Sequence record: DRR723986_7683
Reading direction: 5' to 3' (one strand)
DNA length: 58,659 bases
In this document: piece after piece, positions 49,501 to 57,949 of the stretch
Position numbering within the stretch: position 1 is the stretch's first letter
Layout: the number at the start of each line of letters is the position of its first letter
Translations under genes and position numbers: made by a program
Notes under the pieces: model-generated
The model's database searches: none
Seen by the model: the letters and a program-made list of their open reading frames with translations, nothing else
Told to the model about the DNA's origin: nothing

Positions 49501-50097
49501 GTAAAAAGTAACAGAATATGTGCCCGCAGTACTAACATTGAGCATATTTGCAGTGCCTACAACTTGATTACTTTCATTTTTCCATTCAAAAATATAATTC
49601 GAAAAATTAGAACTAGCAGGGGATATAGCTTGTAATTCAATTGATTGTCCTGGACAAACATTATATGTGCTGGTCAAAGCAATCACAGGTCCTTTTATTA
49701 CATCTACTTCTTTTTCCAAGTCAGCGATTGGTTTCCCACCACGACTCACCTGAAGCTTTACTTTATGCGTTCCGGGAAGCTCAAATGTGTATTCAATGTT
49801 TGGAAACGATCCTGGAGGACGTGTGAATAATAGACTGCCATCTGGAGCTAAGATAGTCCATTTATATACGTCTGTAGCTGGGTCTCCTCCTCCTGAGAAC
49901 GTTCCCACCACGCTACCAAAAATGTTACATATCCTGTCAGGACCAGTCAACTCAGGATCTGCTACATTAGTTAATGCAGCAAGCTCTTTGTTTGAGTTGT
50001 CCCTAAGGATGTAGGAAAAGGATAAACCAATGCCTACTACTGCCGAAAGCAGCATTAAAGTAATTAGTTTAAACGTTTTATTGCCTATGAACTTCAA
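46597..50097 (-). CDS. T9SS type-B cargo protein, Ig/PKD-like stalk (1166 aa)
   Basis: Paralogue of the 916 aa protein with an internal ~258 aa duplication; CTD 'YPNA...NKWG.VIF...WDGTYNG..IPNG.Y'. Confidence 0.82.
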   Translation of the reverse strand: MKFIGNKTFKLITLMLLSAVVGIGLSFSYILRDNSNKELAALTNVADPELTGPDRICNIFGSVVGTFSGGGDPATDVYKWTILAPDGSLLFTRPPGSFPNIEYTFELPGTHKVKLQVSRGGKPIADLEKEVDVIKGPVIALTSTYNVCPGQSIELQAISPASSNFSNYIFEWKNESNQVVGTANMLNVSTAGTYSVTFYFPDDKGNPVCNNTLTTKVSVLNSISIIQSASTVCKDGSITFTADPISIGRWFLKMPGEPNRIDLGNSSSVTLLPEKDLMAYGEYSIELIIENENNPSCIPQATSIFNYNEQPAISVSSVIGSSGCLNPDGGLELIAETNLDLVRVGASGSTYGPFLAGETIVINNLKSGGYTLYSFLNGCQNTLGAVVPLNDPPSVLKFEIENITAESCTTNGKINGSFDVNLENGIIEGSFRVINEKGDVALKEALPTANPFKIELGGGKYFFEILDKDSCNLPTRELIEIPSKPQTSFSIPDSLTICGSFELIPETSQILLFTLTDPSGNISTAKAGDPLTLTEAGEYSVIGTIPDQSEICPSERKLFVSTTEPIAFEPKLKSEDCVIGNRVYEADINGYDPSLAEFFWRNSDGDTIGTGQTLFLSPTSNGLFSLEVQPKNSENCPISPKEFTVNEPVLFVDASIVTTKLCEFGPEARVELITTSPEAVTDIRWRRFNEDGEIVLLPEFNNQTIITTRIGGTYEASAYSILPEINKNCELGRTTFQLDLTPDKVQFDIPEVLAICDYYELVPQTNQDLEFFLTTPSGAVIEKNSGQSFTIDEAGVYIFLAFDRNSPTTFCPEQKEMNVTLAETVDFTPILSEEFCDGKKIFQASVSNYSIDDVDISWLDENGNEVGTDEFFMIDRPGIYSLEVQPSNIIPCHISPISFEVLPPVLALDVMLLADPLCPDSPSATIRAEADFSMVTSIEWWYTFPTGEQIELAGERNKEEILAIREGTYEVRIYNDVPCILGFDQVLILRSTDTVRPEVEESYQVCPKYDIGPTINPGSFASYEWYFEDQLVSTNSVYKPQSIGNYRLLVYSAEGCAYQTDFITEEECELKVIYPNAVQPDNPDKQFLIYTNYLIDELDLVIVNKWGQVIFECTQTNLISEESTCAWDGTYNGKAIPNGNYAVRINFKNYQQKISKSDFGSILIIE

Positions 50098-50209
50098 CTG
50101 AAGATATAAAAACGGTGAGAATCAGACCTCTAAGCTACTATTTAAATGAGGTCAAAAAAAATCCAACAATTAAAAATGAAATCCAGGTTTTTAATAATAT
50201 CCTAGCCTG

Positions 50210-50962
50210 TTATCTCACAAATACCCAGTTGTTTTCCTTGCTCAGTTTTTCAGAATACTCATAGCCACTTTCATTAAAAGTTTTTAGTTGCTCTGTATCC
50301 GTGATTCTATTTTTAATCGCAAAATTACTCATCATGCCTCGAGCCTGTTTGGCAAAAAAGCCCACAATTTTATAACTATCGTCTTTATATTCCTTGAAGT
50401 CGATCGTAATCACAGGGCTTTTTAAGGATTCCAAATGAACGGCTTTGAAATATTCCTGGGATGCAAGATTAACTATAGTATTGCCTTCTGCGGCGTTATT
50501 GATAGCTTTTGAGATTTTTTTGTCCCAAAACTCATAAAGATTCTTCCCTTTTTTATTCTCTAATTTAATCCCCATTTCCAACCGATATGGCTGAATTAAA
50601 TCTAATGGTTTCAATAAACCATATAAACCAGAAAGAATTCTCAAATGCTTTTGAGCAAAATCAAAATCCGCCTTAGAATATTCGTCTACATCGATTTTGG
50701 TGTATACATCACCTTTGAAAGCCAGTAATGCCTGCTTGGAATTTTCCTCAGTAAAGTCTTTCTGAAACGTCTTAAATCGTTCATTATTTAGTTCTGCCAA
50801 ATTTTCAGAGATCTGCATCAATTCTCCAATTTCTTTGGCCGACTTCTTTTTCATGATTCTCACTAAGGCGCGCGTATCAGTTAGGAAATCAGGTTGTGTG
50901 GATTCTGTGAAACTTGGGGTGCTGTAGTCCAGCGTCTTTGCTGGTGAAATAAGGATAAGCAT
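50210..50962 (-). CDS. yaaA: Peroxide stress protein YaaA
   Basis: MLILISPAKTLD, AFKGDVY, ILSGLYGLLKPLDLIQPYRLEMG, VNLASQEY, AKQARGMM. Confidence 0.95.
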   Translation of the reverse strand: MLILISPAKTLDYSTPSFTESTQPDFLTDTRALVRIMKKKSAKEIGELMQISENLAELNNERFKTFQKDFTEENSKQALLAFKGDVYTKIDVDEYSKADFDFAQKHLRILSGLYGLLKPLDLIQPYRLEMGIKLENKKGKNLYEFWDKKISKAINNAAEGNTIVNLASQEYFKAVHLESLKSPVITIDFKEYKDDSYKIVGFFAKQARGMMSNFAIKNRITDTEQLKTFNESGYEYSEKLSKENNWVFVR

Positions 50963-50963
50963 A

Positions 50964-53900
50964 CTATTGAATTACTGTAATAGACTTTATTACTTTTTGT
51001 GTGATATTTTGGTCTGTACTGGTAAACTTCACAACTACCGCATATGTTCCGTTTGGCACAAGCTCTCCTCTGACTTGGCCGTCCCATGGACAGAAAGGTT
51101 GTTTTGGCTCAATATTCTCATGCTCACAATAAAAGATCAATTCACCCCAACGATTGTAAATATAGACTTCTACATCATCTATATATTCATTTGCATATAG
51201 GATAAAGTTTCTATTCGGATCATTAAGCACTACGCCATTTGGGAAGACTATTTTCAGCGAGCAATCTTCCACAACTTCTATGGTGGCTACATAAGCACAA
51301 CCCAAATTGTCGGATACGGTAAGTTCATAGATTCCGCCCTCAGTAGGTGTGAAAATAGGTGCCTGAGAGATTTCAACTCCATTTAATTTCCACGAGTAGT
51401 TATCGTATGTCCCTGGGTCAATAGTCTGAGTCACACCTTCAATAGCACAAATAGTGAATCCAGCAGGAACTATCGGCGGACTGATAGTCGATTTTGAAAC
51501 TACCCCGTTGGCACGGCCAAGCTCACAGCCTACACTACTTCTAAGTAAGGCTTCGTAAGTTCCTTCTTGAGAAACTTCTATGATTGGCATTCCATCAAAA
51601 GCAGGTATTCTGGTACGTGTACCATTGAGCACAGAATACCATTCGATATCAGCTACATTCGTCATATCCGCATCTACTGTAATAGTAGTGCTAGTTTGAT
51701 CGATACAAAATGGCACTATATCCAAGCTGACCTCTACTCGCTGGGAAATTACTTCTGCGGAGAAAGATTTTTTATCGACTGGACATAACCCGCCTGCTAC
51801 CGGCTGAACTTCCAAGGTGTAATCTCCAGATCTGCTTGGAACAAAGATTTGTCTTCTTCCTACGATAACACCTAATGCATCTTTCCATAGGAAAATCACA
51901 TCTGCGGGTAAAGCATTATTCAATACAGCTTCATATTGAATGCCTACCTGACAGTCCACGATTGGGGGTGAAATCTCAAAATCTATTGGCTGTGTAATGT
52001 TAGCCACGATTGTTTCTTCTCTTGGACAATTGACGCCAGTTGGATCTTCGCCTCTCACGGTATAGGTGTCAGAAAGAGTGATTGTAAATTCTCCATTTGC
52101 ATCCGGGGAAATCAAAGAACCAGCAGAATTTGTGACCGTGTAAGTCAATACATCTGGAGAAGTGGGAGCAAAGGTGAAGCTTTCGCAGGCAGTCAAGTCA
52201 GAAGGGACTGAAAATACTACCTCAAATTTCTGAGCTATATTATAAATCGTTGGATCCGGGATAGCGCAACCAGTCGGGTCCTCCTGAATTTCTACTGCAT
52301 AATCTCCATAAGGAACCAAAATATCAAACTGACTTGTATTAGTAAATGTCCCTTGGAAAGTCTGTCCGTCACCTTGTCGAGTTACTGTGTAAGAGCCAGA
52401 TTGAGGAGAAATGGTGAAGTTGACAACCAACATGCCATTTTGAACTCCAGATGGACCGCAAATTTCTTCAGTAGGCGTGACGGTATATTCAAATCCTGCG
52501 GGAGGATTACTGTTCTCTACAGTGACGCTCCCGGCATAAGTACAACCAAAACTATTTTCTGCTTCGATGGTATAAACTCCCGGAAGAACTGACATAACTT
52601 GAACAGAACTTCCCGCGGTTAAATTGGTGAAGGTCTCACCTGTCTCTAATACGGTCAAAGTGGTAGCATCTGATTGCATCGTGATCTCAAATGAACCATC
52701 AGGAGTATTACAATCTGTAGCCGGAGTAGTTTGAACTGCCGTGAAAATAGGTAATTCATTTACCAGTAAATCTAATTTTTTCTCAACGACGCAACCTTCT
52801 AAAATTGGGTCTTGGGTCACGAAAATGATTTCATATTGCCCAGGTCCAGGAAGTGTATTGATGAACAATTCTAACTCGAAAAACTCGCCTAAAGCAACTC
52901 TATTTGGATCACCATTAAGCTCGTAAAACCATTCTCCTGTGATCGGGGTATTCGGTGCGAATGTAACCGAAATCTCTTCATAACATACCTCTGATGCTGT
53001 CTGAGTGAGGTCAAATTCGAATGCTGGGCCTACAAAAATTTCAGCCGTAGCAGGACATGTTTCATAAAGCAAGGCTTCATCTTCCGACAGTCCTGCTGGC
53101 AGTCTATAGCTGACACTTACTGTGTAGATACTTTCTTCATCAACGGTAATAGTATTAGAATTTTCATCTCCAAAAACTTGCCCTGCAGCATTTGTCCACT
53201 CGAAATCATACAATCCTTCTGCAGGATCATATCCATCTATTGCAGTTAAAGTGACAGGGTTGCCTGCACAAAGCGTTGCGTCATCAGCTAGAGTCAATTC
53301 TGGTGGAGCTTCAACCAAAATTTCAGTAGTCGCCCGGAAATATTCGGCATCACCGCATCTATCTACTCTAAGCTCTACAGTATAGGTTCCAGGGTTATTA
53401 AATATCTGCTCTAGATTCTGGAATTCATCTCCCGGACCACCGTAATCGCTTCGGATAATTGTCCCATCATCTTGATTAGTAATTGTCCAGAAATAGCTGT
53501 CAATATCAGGCTCTCCTCCACCTTCAAGAAGTGCACCTGCTCCGAGTTCTGGATCTAAGCAAAGTCTGGCAGGTGCAGCTAGACTTGGTTCTGGAATCGA
53601 ACTACCTGAGTTTTGGACATATGAAGGTAGGCCAAGATTCGAGGTTCCTGGCATGGCTTCTACACCATCCTGGGTAAAGGTGCTTTGAGAATTACAACCT
53701 GAACCTACGTTGATTTGACCAATTCTATTATCGCCTACTACAGCGACATAGATTTGACCATTTGGTCCTATCTGCAGTGCTCCCAAATTAAGTCCACTCG
53801 TTTGACTTATTTGATTTTTTGTGCTGATGATACAGGCTTCTATTTGTGCTCTTGTGCTTGCTCCATCAAAACATGCTGGGCAAACTGCAGCAGACGAATC

Positions 53901-56519
53901 ATCATTTTCGTTGGCCTTAATTATAAATTCTTCTATTCCAGGACCGCCATTTCTATATGATACTAAGATTCGCTCTCCATCCTCGGAGAACTCCATTCCA
54001 TAAACATCTCCGTCACAACCGAGATCAACTCTTGCGTACTCTGTCATTTCTCCAGTGTCACTGTCGAAATCAAAAATCTCTAATTTATTACATCCACCTT
54101 CAGAAATGGTTACAGCAAGTTGATCTCCATCCGAATTAAATTTCATAGCGCCAACGCCAGAATTGAAGCCGTGATCAGAACCTACAGAACTTAGAACTGG
54201 TTGACCAATACCTTGCGCAGATACTGGATACGCACGGAATGTATTATTCCCAAGTTCATGATAGACAACCCAAGTTGTGTCTCCCGCATCCAATGCAGCG
54301 GTGTGCTCAGAAGAAGGACTGAAAAGGAAATTGTCTTTGGTTACGACATTTCCAACCCCGGTAGGGTTTTCTGATTTGATGTCTACCAAAGAATATTTCG
54401 CCTCGTTGGTTCCATTTGCAGAAAGTTGCGTAGTGAAAAGGTAGAATAGTGTCTCCTCAGCAGGAACTGGAACTGCAATTACACCTTGACTGCTAGAATT
54501 GTCACCACCTATATCTTCCCCGTTTTCCATTAAATCCCCATTGAGATCCCAAACTGATTGGCCATCTGTGTAGAAGAGCACTTGGCCTGCCTGATCGGAG
54601 ATGGTGGTAGTTCCTGCTGGTATGTTTTGAGGATGTCTAGCTGCTATTGGACGTGGTGTCGGAGCATCAGGATCGTCTGGGTCAGGGTTGAAATCAAGCC
54701 CTGCACCATCACCAAAGTACCAAATGTTGTTTGTCTGATCTTGGACATCCCACATTTTGACGCGAATCTCAGCATAAGCATAGCAGGAAGATCCCGGTTC
54801 ACGTACCAAAACCCAATACAGACCTGGAGTACAAACTTCATTGGCTTCTTCACCAATCCATCCTTGATCACGTTTGTTTGACCAGAAGTATTCATAATTT
54901 TCACCGCCACCTTGTCCGCTTCCAACTCCACCTCCGCCTCCAGCTCCACCGTCTTCCTCACCAGCCTGAGCTGATAGCAGTGGGCTGAGATCTAAGCAAG
55001 TTTCGCATAAAGTGGTGTCTTGTGGAGAAAAATTAGCCTGAAGGTTATTTTCTGTTAGGGTAATGGTATGATTTACGGATAATGTGGTGCTATCAGCGAA
55101 GGTGACATCCAGTGTCACATTTAGACTTTGTCCGGATGCTGCATCTGCCGGGATTAAAAAATGCTCTTGAGCATAATCAGCTGGCAATGCATTACCTGTA
55201 GAGTCTGTAAGTGGAGGATCGAAATTCCACGAAAAACTTACAGGTCTATAGTTCTCTGGAGTGATTAGAGAAGTTAATTGAATTGGATTGTTTGCACAGG
55301 GCATTTCTGGGTCCCAAGTGAAATCAACTGTGGGATCTACGTCTGCATTTGGAGCAAAAATCGGAAATATCGTCCCACAGAAGTCTACACCGGCAAATGG
55401 GTCTTCCTCAATCTCCACCAAGTTCAAATCAGCTTCGTTAGGATTTGCTACTTTTCCAATCATTTGCGGGCCGCCATCTACTTCCTCGTAGATATAATAG
55501 ATACTTCCATCTGGCCCCGCTTTGATATCGTAAACGGCGAAAATTCCCTCCGGGGGAGTACCTGGCCCTTCGATAGGCAGGACTTCTGGTGTGCCTGAAA
55601 GATCTGAGACAGGAATTCTAAAAAGTGAATCCCCCGCAGAATAATAAATGTAATTACCATCAGGAGAAACTTCTGCTCCTCCATAGTTACCATTTCCGGA
55701 TGATTGAGAAATAGGGGTTGGTGAACCAAAAGTCCCACTACTAGTATTAAAGTCCAATACCAAAATAGGGTCAGTACTGGATTCAGGTATGATGATTAAC
55801 TGGCTTGTCTCCGCATTAAAAACGATCTGTTTTGGAGTGGAAGAGATAGCCTGATTGTCTGTGACGGTGAAACTTCCCTCACCTGAATCAATGCTTCTAG
55901 AAATAAGGTTTCCATTATCAAAACTGATCAAATACGAAGGTGAAGCTGGCGTTTTTACAACCAAAACAGCTCCAGACCCATTGCCTATTACATTGTCGCT
56001 AGAGGTAATTTCACCCAATGGCCGCTCATTTCCAGTAGCTTGGCCTGGGGCATTCATATCCACTACTGCATACTGAAGCTCTCCGCCCAGCGAGAGATAG
56101 AAAATATAAAAAAGCTTGTTCCCTTCTGGATCATATTCTAAGAAACCAGTTGCTACTTGCTGAATTCCGTCAATATTTCCATTCAGCCCTGAGCCAACTC
56201 CTTGAATAGGATTTTGACTATAGTCGTAAACTAATTCACCATTGGTGAGAAACAGAGGTTGTCCGGTGATAGGATCAATAGCAAGTGCAGAATTGTTTTT
56301 GGTAAAAACAATTGAGCCAGGAATTGACTGGACGTTAGGCGAATTTCCTTTTCCGAAGGATAAATAATTATTTTCTGTTGATCCACCGCAATAGCCAAAT
56401 ATCCACTCATTGTCATTAAATCCCTGCGAATACACCGCAGTATTAAATACAAAAGTTGTAAATAGGAGGGTAATCGTAAAAATGTAGGGTAACCTTATGG
56501 AATTAGGGCTGCTTTTCAT
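50964..56519 (-). CDS. Large T9SS type-B cargo / adhesin-like protein (two beta-propeller-like heads, PKD/Ig stalk)
   Basis: Signal peptide; two 'W.FG...L.F...G..LF.T.G..V.D' domains; stalk homologous to the two downstream paralogues; CTD 'FPNG...YNRWGELIF...WDG...G..VPNGTY'. Confidence 0.87.
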   Translation of the reverse strand: MKSSPNSIRLPYIFTITLLFTTFVFNTAVYSQGFNDNEWIFGYCGGSTENNYLSFGKGNSPNVQSIPGSIVFTKNNSALAIDPITGQPLFLTNGELVYDYSQNPIQGVGSGLNGNIDGIQQVATGFLEYDPEGNKLFYIFYLSLGGELQYAVVDMNAPGQATGNERPLGEITSSDNVIGNGSGAVLVVKTPASPSYLISFDNGNLISRSIDSGEGSFTVTDNQAISSTPKQIVFNAETSQLIIIPESSTDPILVLDFNTSSGTFGSPTPISQSSGNGNYGGAEVSPDGNYIYYSAGDSLFRIPVSDLSGTPEVLPIEGPGTPPEGIFAVYDIKAGPDGSIYYIYEEVDGGPQMIGKVANPNEADLNLVEIEEDPFAGVDFCGTIFPIFAPNADVDPTVDFTWDPEMPCANNPIQLTSLITPENYRPVSFSWNFDPPLTDSTGNALPADYAQEHFLIPADAASGQSLNVTLDVTFADSTTLSVNHTITLTENNLQANFSPQDTTLCETCLDLSPLLSAQAGEEDGGAGGGGGVGSGQGGGENYEYFWSNKRDQGWIGEEANEVCTPGLYWVLVREPGSSCYAYAEIRVKMWDVQDQTNNIWYFGDGAGLDFNPDPDDPDAPTPRPIAARHPQNIPAGTTTISDQAGQVLFYTDGQSVWDLNGDLMENGEDIGGDNSSSQGVIAVPVPAEETLFYLFTTQLSANGTNEAKYSLVDIKSENPTGVGNVVTKDNFLFSPSSEHTAALDAGDTTWVVYHELGNNTFRAYPVSAQGIGQPVLSSVGSDHGFNSGVGAMKFNSDGDQLAVTISEGGCNKLEIFDFDSDTGEMTEYARVDLGCDGDVYGMEFSEDGERILVSYRNGGPGIEEFIIKANENDDSSAAVCPACFDGASTRAQIEACIISTKNQISQTSGLNLGALQIGPNGQIYVAVVGDNRIGQINVGSGCNSQSTFTQDGVEAMPGTSNLGLPSYVQNSGSSIPEPSLAAPARLCLDPELGAGALLEGGGEPDIDSYFWTITNQDDGTIIRSDYGGPGDEFQNLEQIFNNPGTYTVELRVDRCGDAEYFRATTEILVEAPPELTLADDATLCAGNPVTLTAIDGYDPAEGLYDFEWTNAAGQVFGDENSNTITVDEESIYTVSVSYRLPAGLSEDEALLYETCPATAEIFVGPAFEFDLTQTASEVCYEEISVTFAPNTPITGEWFYELNGDPNRVALGEFFELELFINTLPGPGQYEIIFVTQDPILEGCVVEKKLDLLVNELPIFTAVQTTPATDCNTPDGSFEITMQSDATTLTVLETGETFTNLTAGSSVQVMSVLPGVYTIEAENSFGCTYAGSVTVENSNPPAGFEYTVTPTEEICGPSGVQNGMLVVNFTISPQSGSYTVTRQGDGQTFQGTFTNTSQFDILVPYGDYAVEIQEDPTGCAIPDPTIYNIAQKFEVVFSVPSDLTACESFTFAPTSPDVLTYTVTNSAGSLISPDANGEFTITLSDTYTVRGEDPTGVNCPREETIVANITQPIDFEISPPIVDCQVGIQYEAVLNNALPADVIFLWKDALGVIVGRRQIFVPSRSGDYTLEVQPVAGGLCPVDKKSFSAEVISQRVEVSLDIVPFCIDQTSTTITVDADMTNVADIEWYSVLNGTRTRIPAFDGMPIIEVSQEGTYEALLRSSVGCELGRANGVVSKSTISPPIVPAGFTICAIEGVTQTIDPGTYDNYSWKLNGVEISQAPIFTPTEGGIYELTVSDNLGCAYVATIEVVEDCSLKIVFPNGVVLNDPNRNFILYANEYIDDVEVYIYNRWGELIFYCEHENIEPKQPFCPWDGQVRGELVPNGTYAVVVKFTSTDQNITQKVIKSITVIQ

Positions 56520-56601
56520 AATTTTCGAACTGCTTCTAAAACAACATACGTTCTGTAACGTTGAAGAAGCCTACTGAATATTCAAATTAACGAACAAATA
56601 C

Positions 56602-57648
56602 TTGTTAAGGTCTCTGGTTTACGTTGTTTTTCTTTGTGTGGTTGGACTATTTGTAGGAACCAATGCCTACGCACAGGATCCGCAATATAGCCAATATTAT
56701 GCGGCACCTCTTTACTTAAACCCAGCATTTGCTGGATCTGAGTTGACTGGCCGTGTTGGATTCAACTATAGAAACCAATGGCCCAGTATCGATGCCCAGT
56801 TCACAACATTTTCTGCTTATTACGACACCTACCTGAATGATTACAACTCAGGGATAGGGGTAATGGTTATGCAAGATACAGAGGGAGCTTCCAAACTTCG
56901 ATCTACTACCATTTCAGCTATATATTCTTACGAATTGAAGCTTGGAGAAAAAACTTTTTTCCGTCCAGGTTTTCAGGCTAGTTATATCCGAAGAGAAATT
57001 GGATTTTATGAAAATCTCATTTTTGCGAATCAAATTAATCCAAACGATCCGTTTGGCCCTATATTCCCAGGTTCAGATATCCCTGGTCTAGGAGATCCAG
57101 TCAATATGCTTTCGCTATCCTTTGGTGGGTTATTCTTTACAGAGGATTTTTGGATTGGCGGCTCGGCCCATCATGTGAACACACCCAATCAATCTTTTAT
57201 CGATGGAGATAGCCCACTACCTGTAAAATTCTCAGCACATGCAGGCTATAGAATTAATTTGGGGGAAGGGTCCATGCGTGGAGATTTCACCCATATAAGA
57301 AAACAACGATATTTAACACCTACCATCAATTATAAGAAGCAAGGTCCATTCGAGCAATTGGATGTAGGCGCCTATTTTTACGTGGAGCCAATTGTTTTTG
57401 GAGTTTGGTATAGAGGACTGCCGTACAAAAAGGTGGAAGAGCAAAGCAATCGGGATGCTATCGTAATGATGGTGGGTTTGAATTTGCTTTCTGGCCTGAA
57501 TGTCGGATACAGCTTTGATTACACGGTTTCTCAATTAGGGATTCAATCAGGTGGAGCCCATGAGTTAAGTTTGTCATGGACTCTGCCAAATAACAGCCAA
57601 GGCCAGCCAAGAAGGAGAGACACGCTTCTCCCTTGCCCTAAGTTTTAA
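56602..57648 (+). CDS. PorP/SprF family type IX secretion system membrane protein
   Basis: 'AQDPQYSQYY..PLYLNPAFAG', 'NYRNQWP', 'GYSFDYT.S.L....GGAHELS', C-terminal 'CPKF'. Confidence 0.93.
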   Translation: MLRSLVYVVFLCVVGLFVGTNAYAQDPQYSQYYAAPLYLNPAFAGSELTGRVGFNYRNQWPSIDAQFTTFSAYYDTYLNDYNSGIGVMVMQDTEGASKLRSTTISAIYSYELKLGEKTFFRPGFQASYIRREIGFYENLIFANQINPNDPFGPIFPGSDIPGLGDPVNMLSLSFGGLFFTEDFWIGGSAHHVNTPNQSFIDGDSPLPVKFSAHAGYRINLGEGSMRGDFTHIRKQRYLTPTINYKKQGPFEQLDVGAYFYVEPIVFGVWYRGLPYKKVEEQSNRDAIVMMVGLNLLSGLNVGYSFDYTVSQLGIQSGGAHELSLSWTLPNNSQGQPRRRDTLLPCPKF

Positions 57649-57893
57649 GATACCCTCTGCGGAGTCTCAAAAGGCAATTTAGGCGTGGCCCAATGGTGCA
57701 ATTTTTAAGTCACAGAAATCAGAATAAATATTTCCATTTGACTGTGCCGCTTAGGAATATATATATCGTCAAGGCTCGAAAAGCAGGGGTGTTAAAAACA
57801 TTAATTATCGCTTGAATAAAGGAAAGCTGTTTGGTCGCAACTTGACGGGAGGTCGTTCCGTTACGTCGCTGTTCCGCCGCGAGAACTATTCAT

Positions 57894-57928
57894 AAAAAAA
57901 GCTGAAACGATTTCTCATTCCAGCTTTT
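57894..57928 (-). terminator. Putative intrinsic terminator
   Basis: AAAAGCTG / CAGCTTTT stem with a T7 tract on the minus strand after the oxidoreductase. Confidence 0.65.
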
Positions 57929-57949
57929 GATGTTAAACTTTACTTTTAA

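Noticed and set aside
127-57534. Numerous short ORFs in the six-frame track (e.g. 5308-5814, 15416-15748, 48497-48991)
   Set aside because: They lie antisense or out of frame within longer motif-supported genes; treated as shadow ORFs
57680-57700. GGCGTGGCCCAATGGT resembles a tRNA D-arm start
   Set aside because: No anticodon arm, TTCGA T-loop or acceptor stem follows
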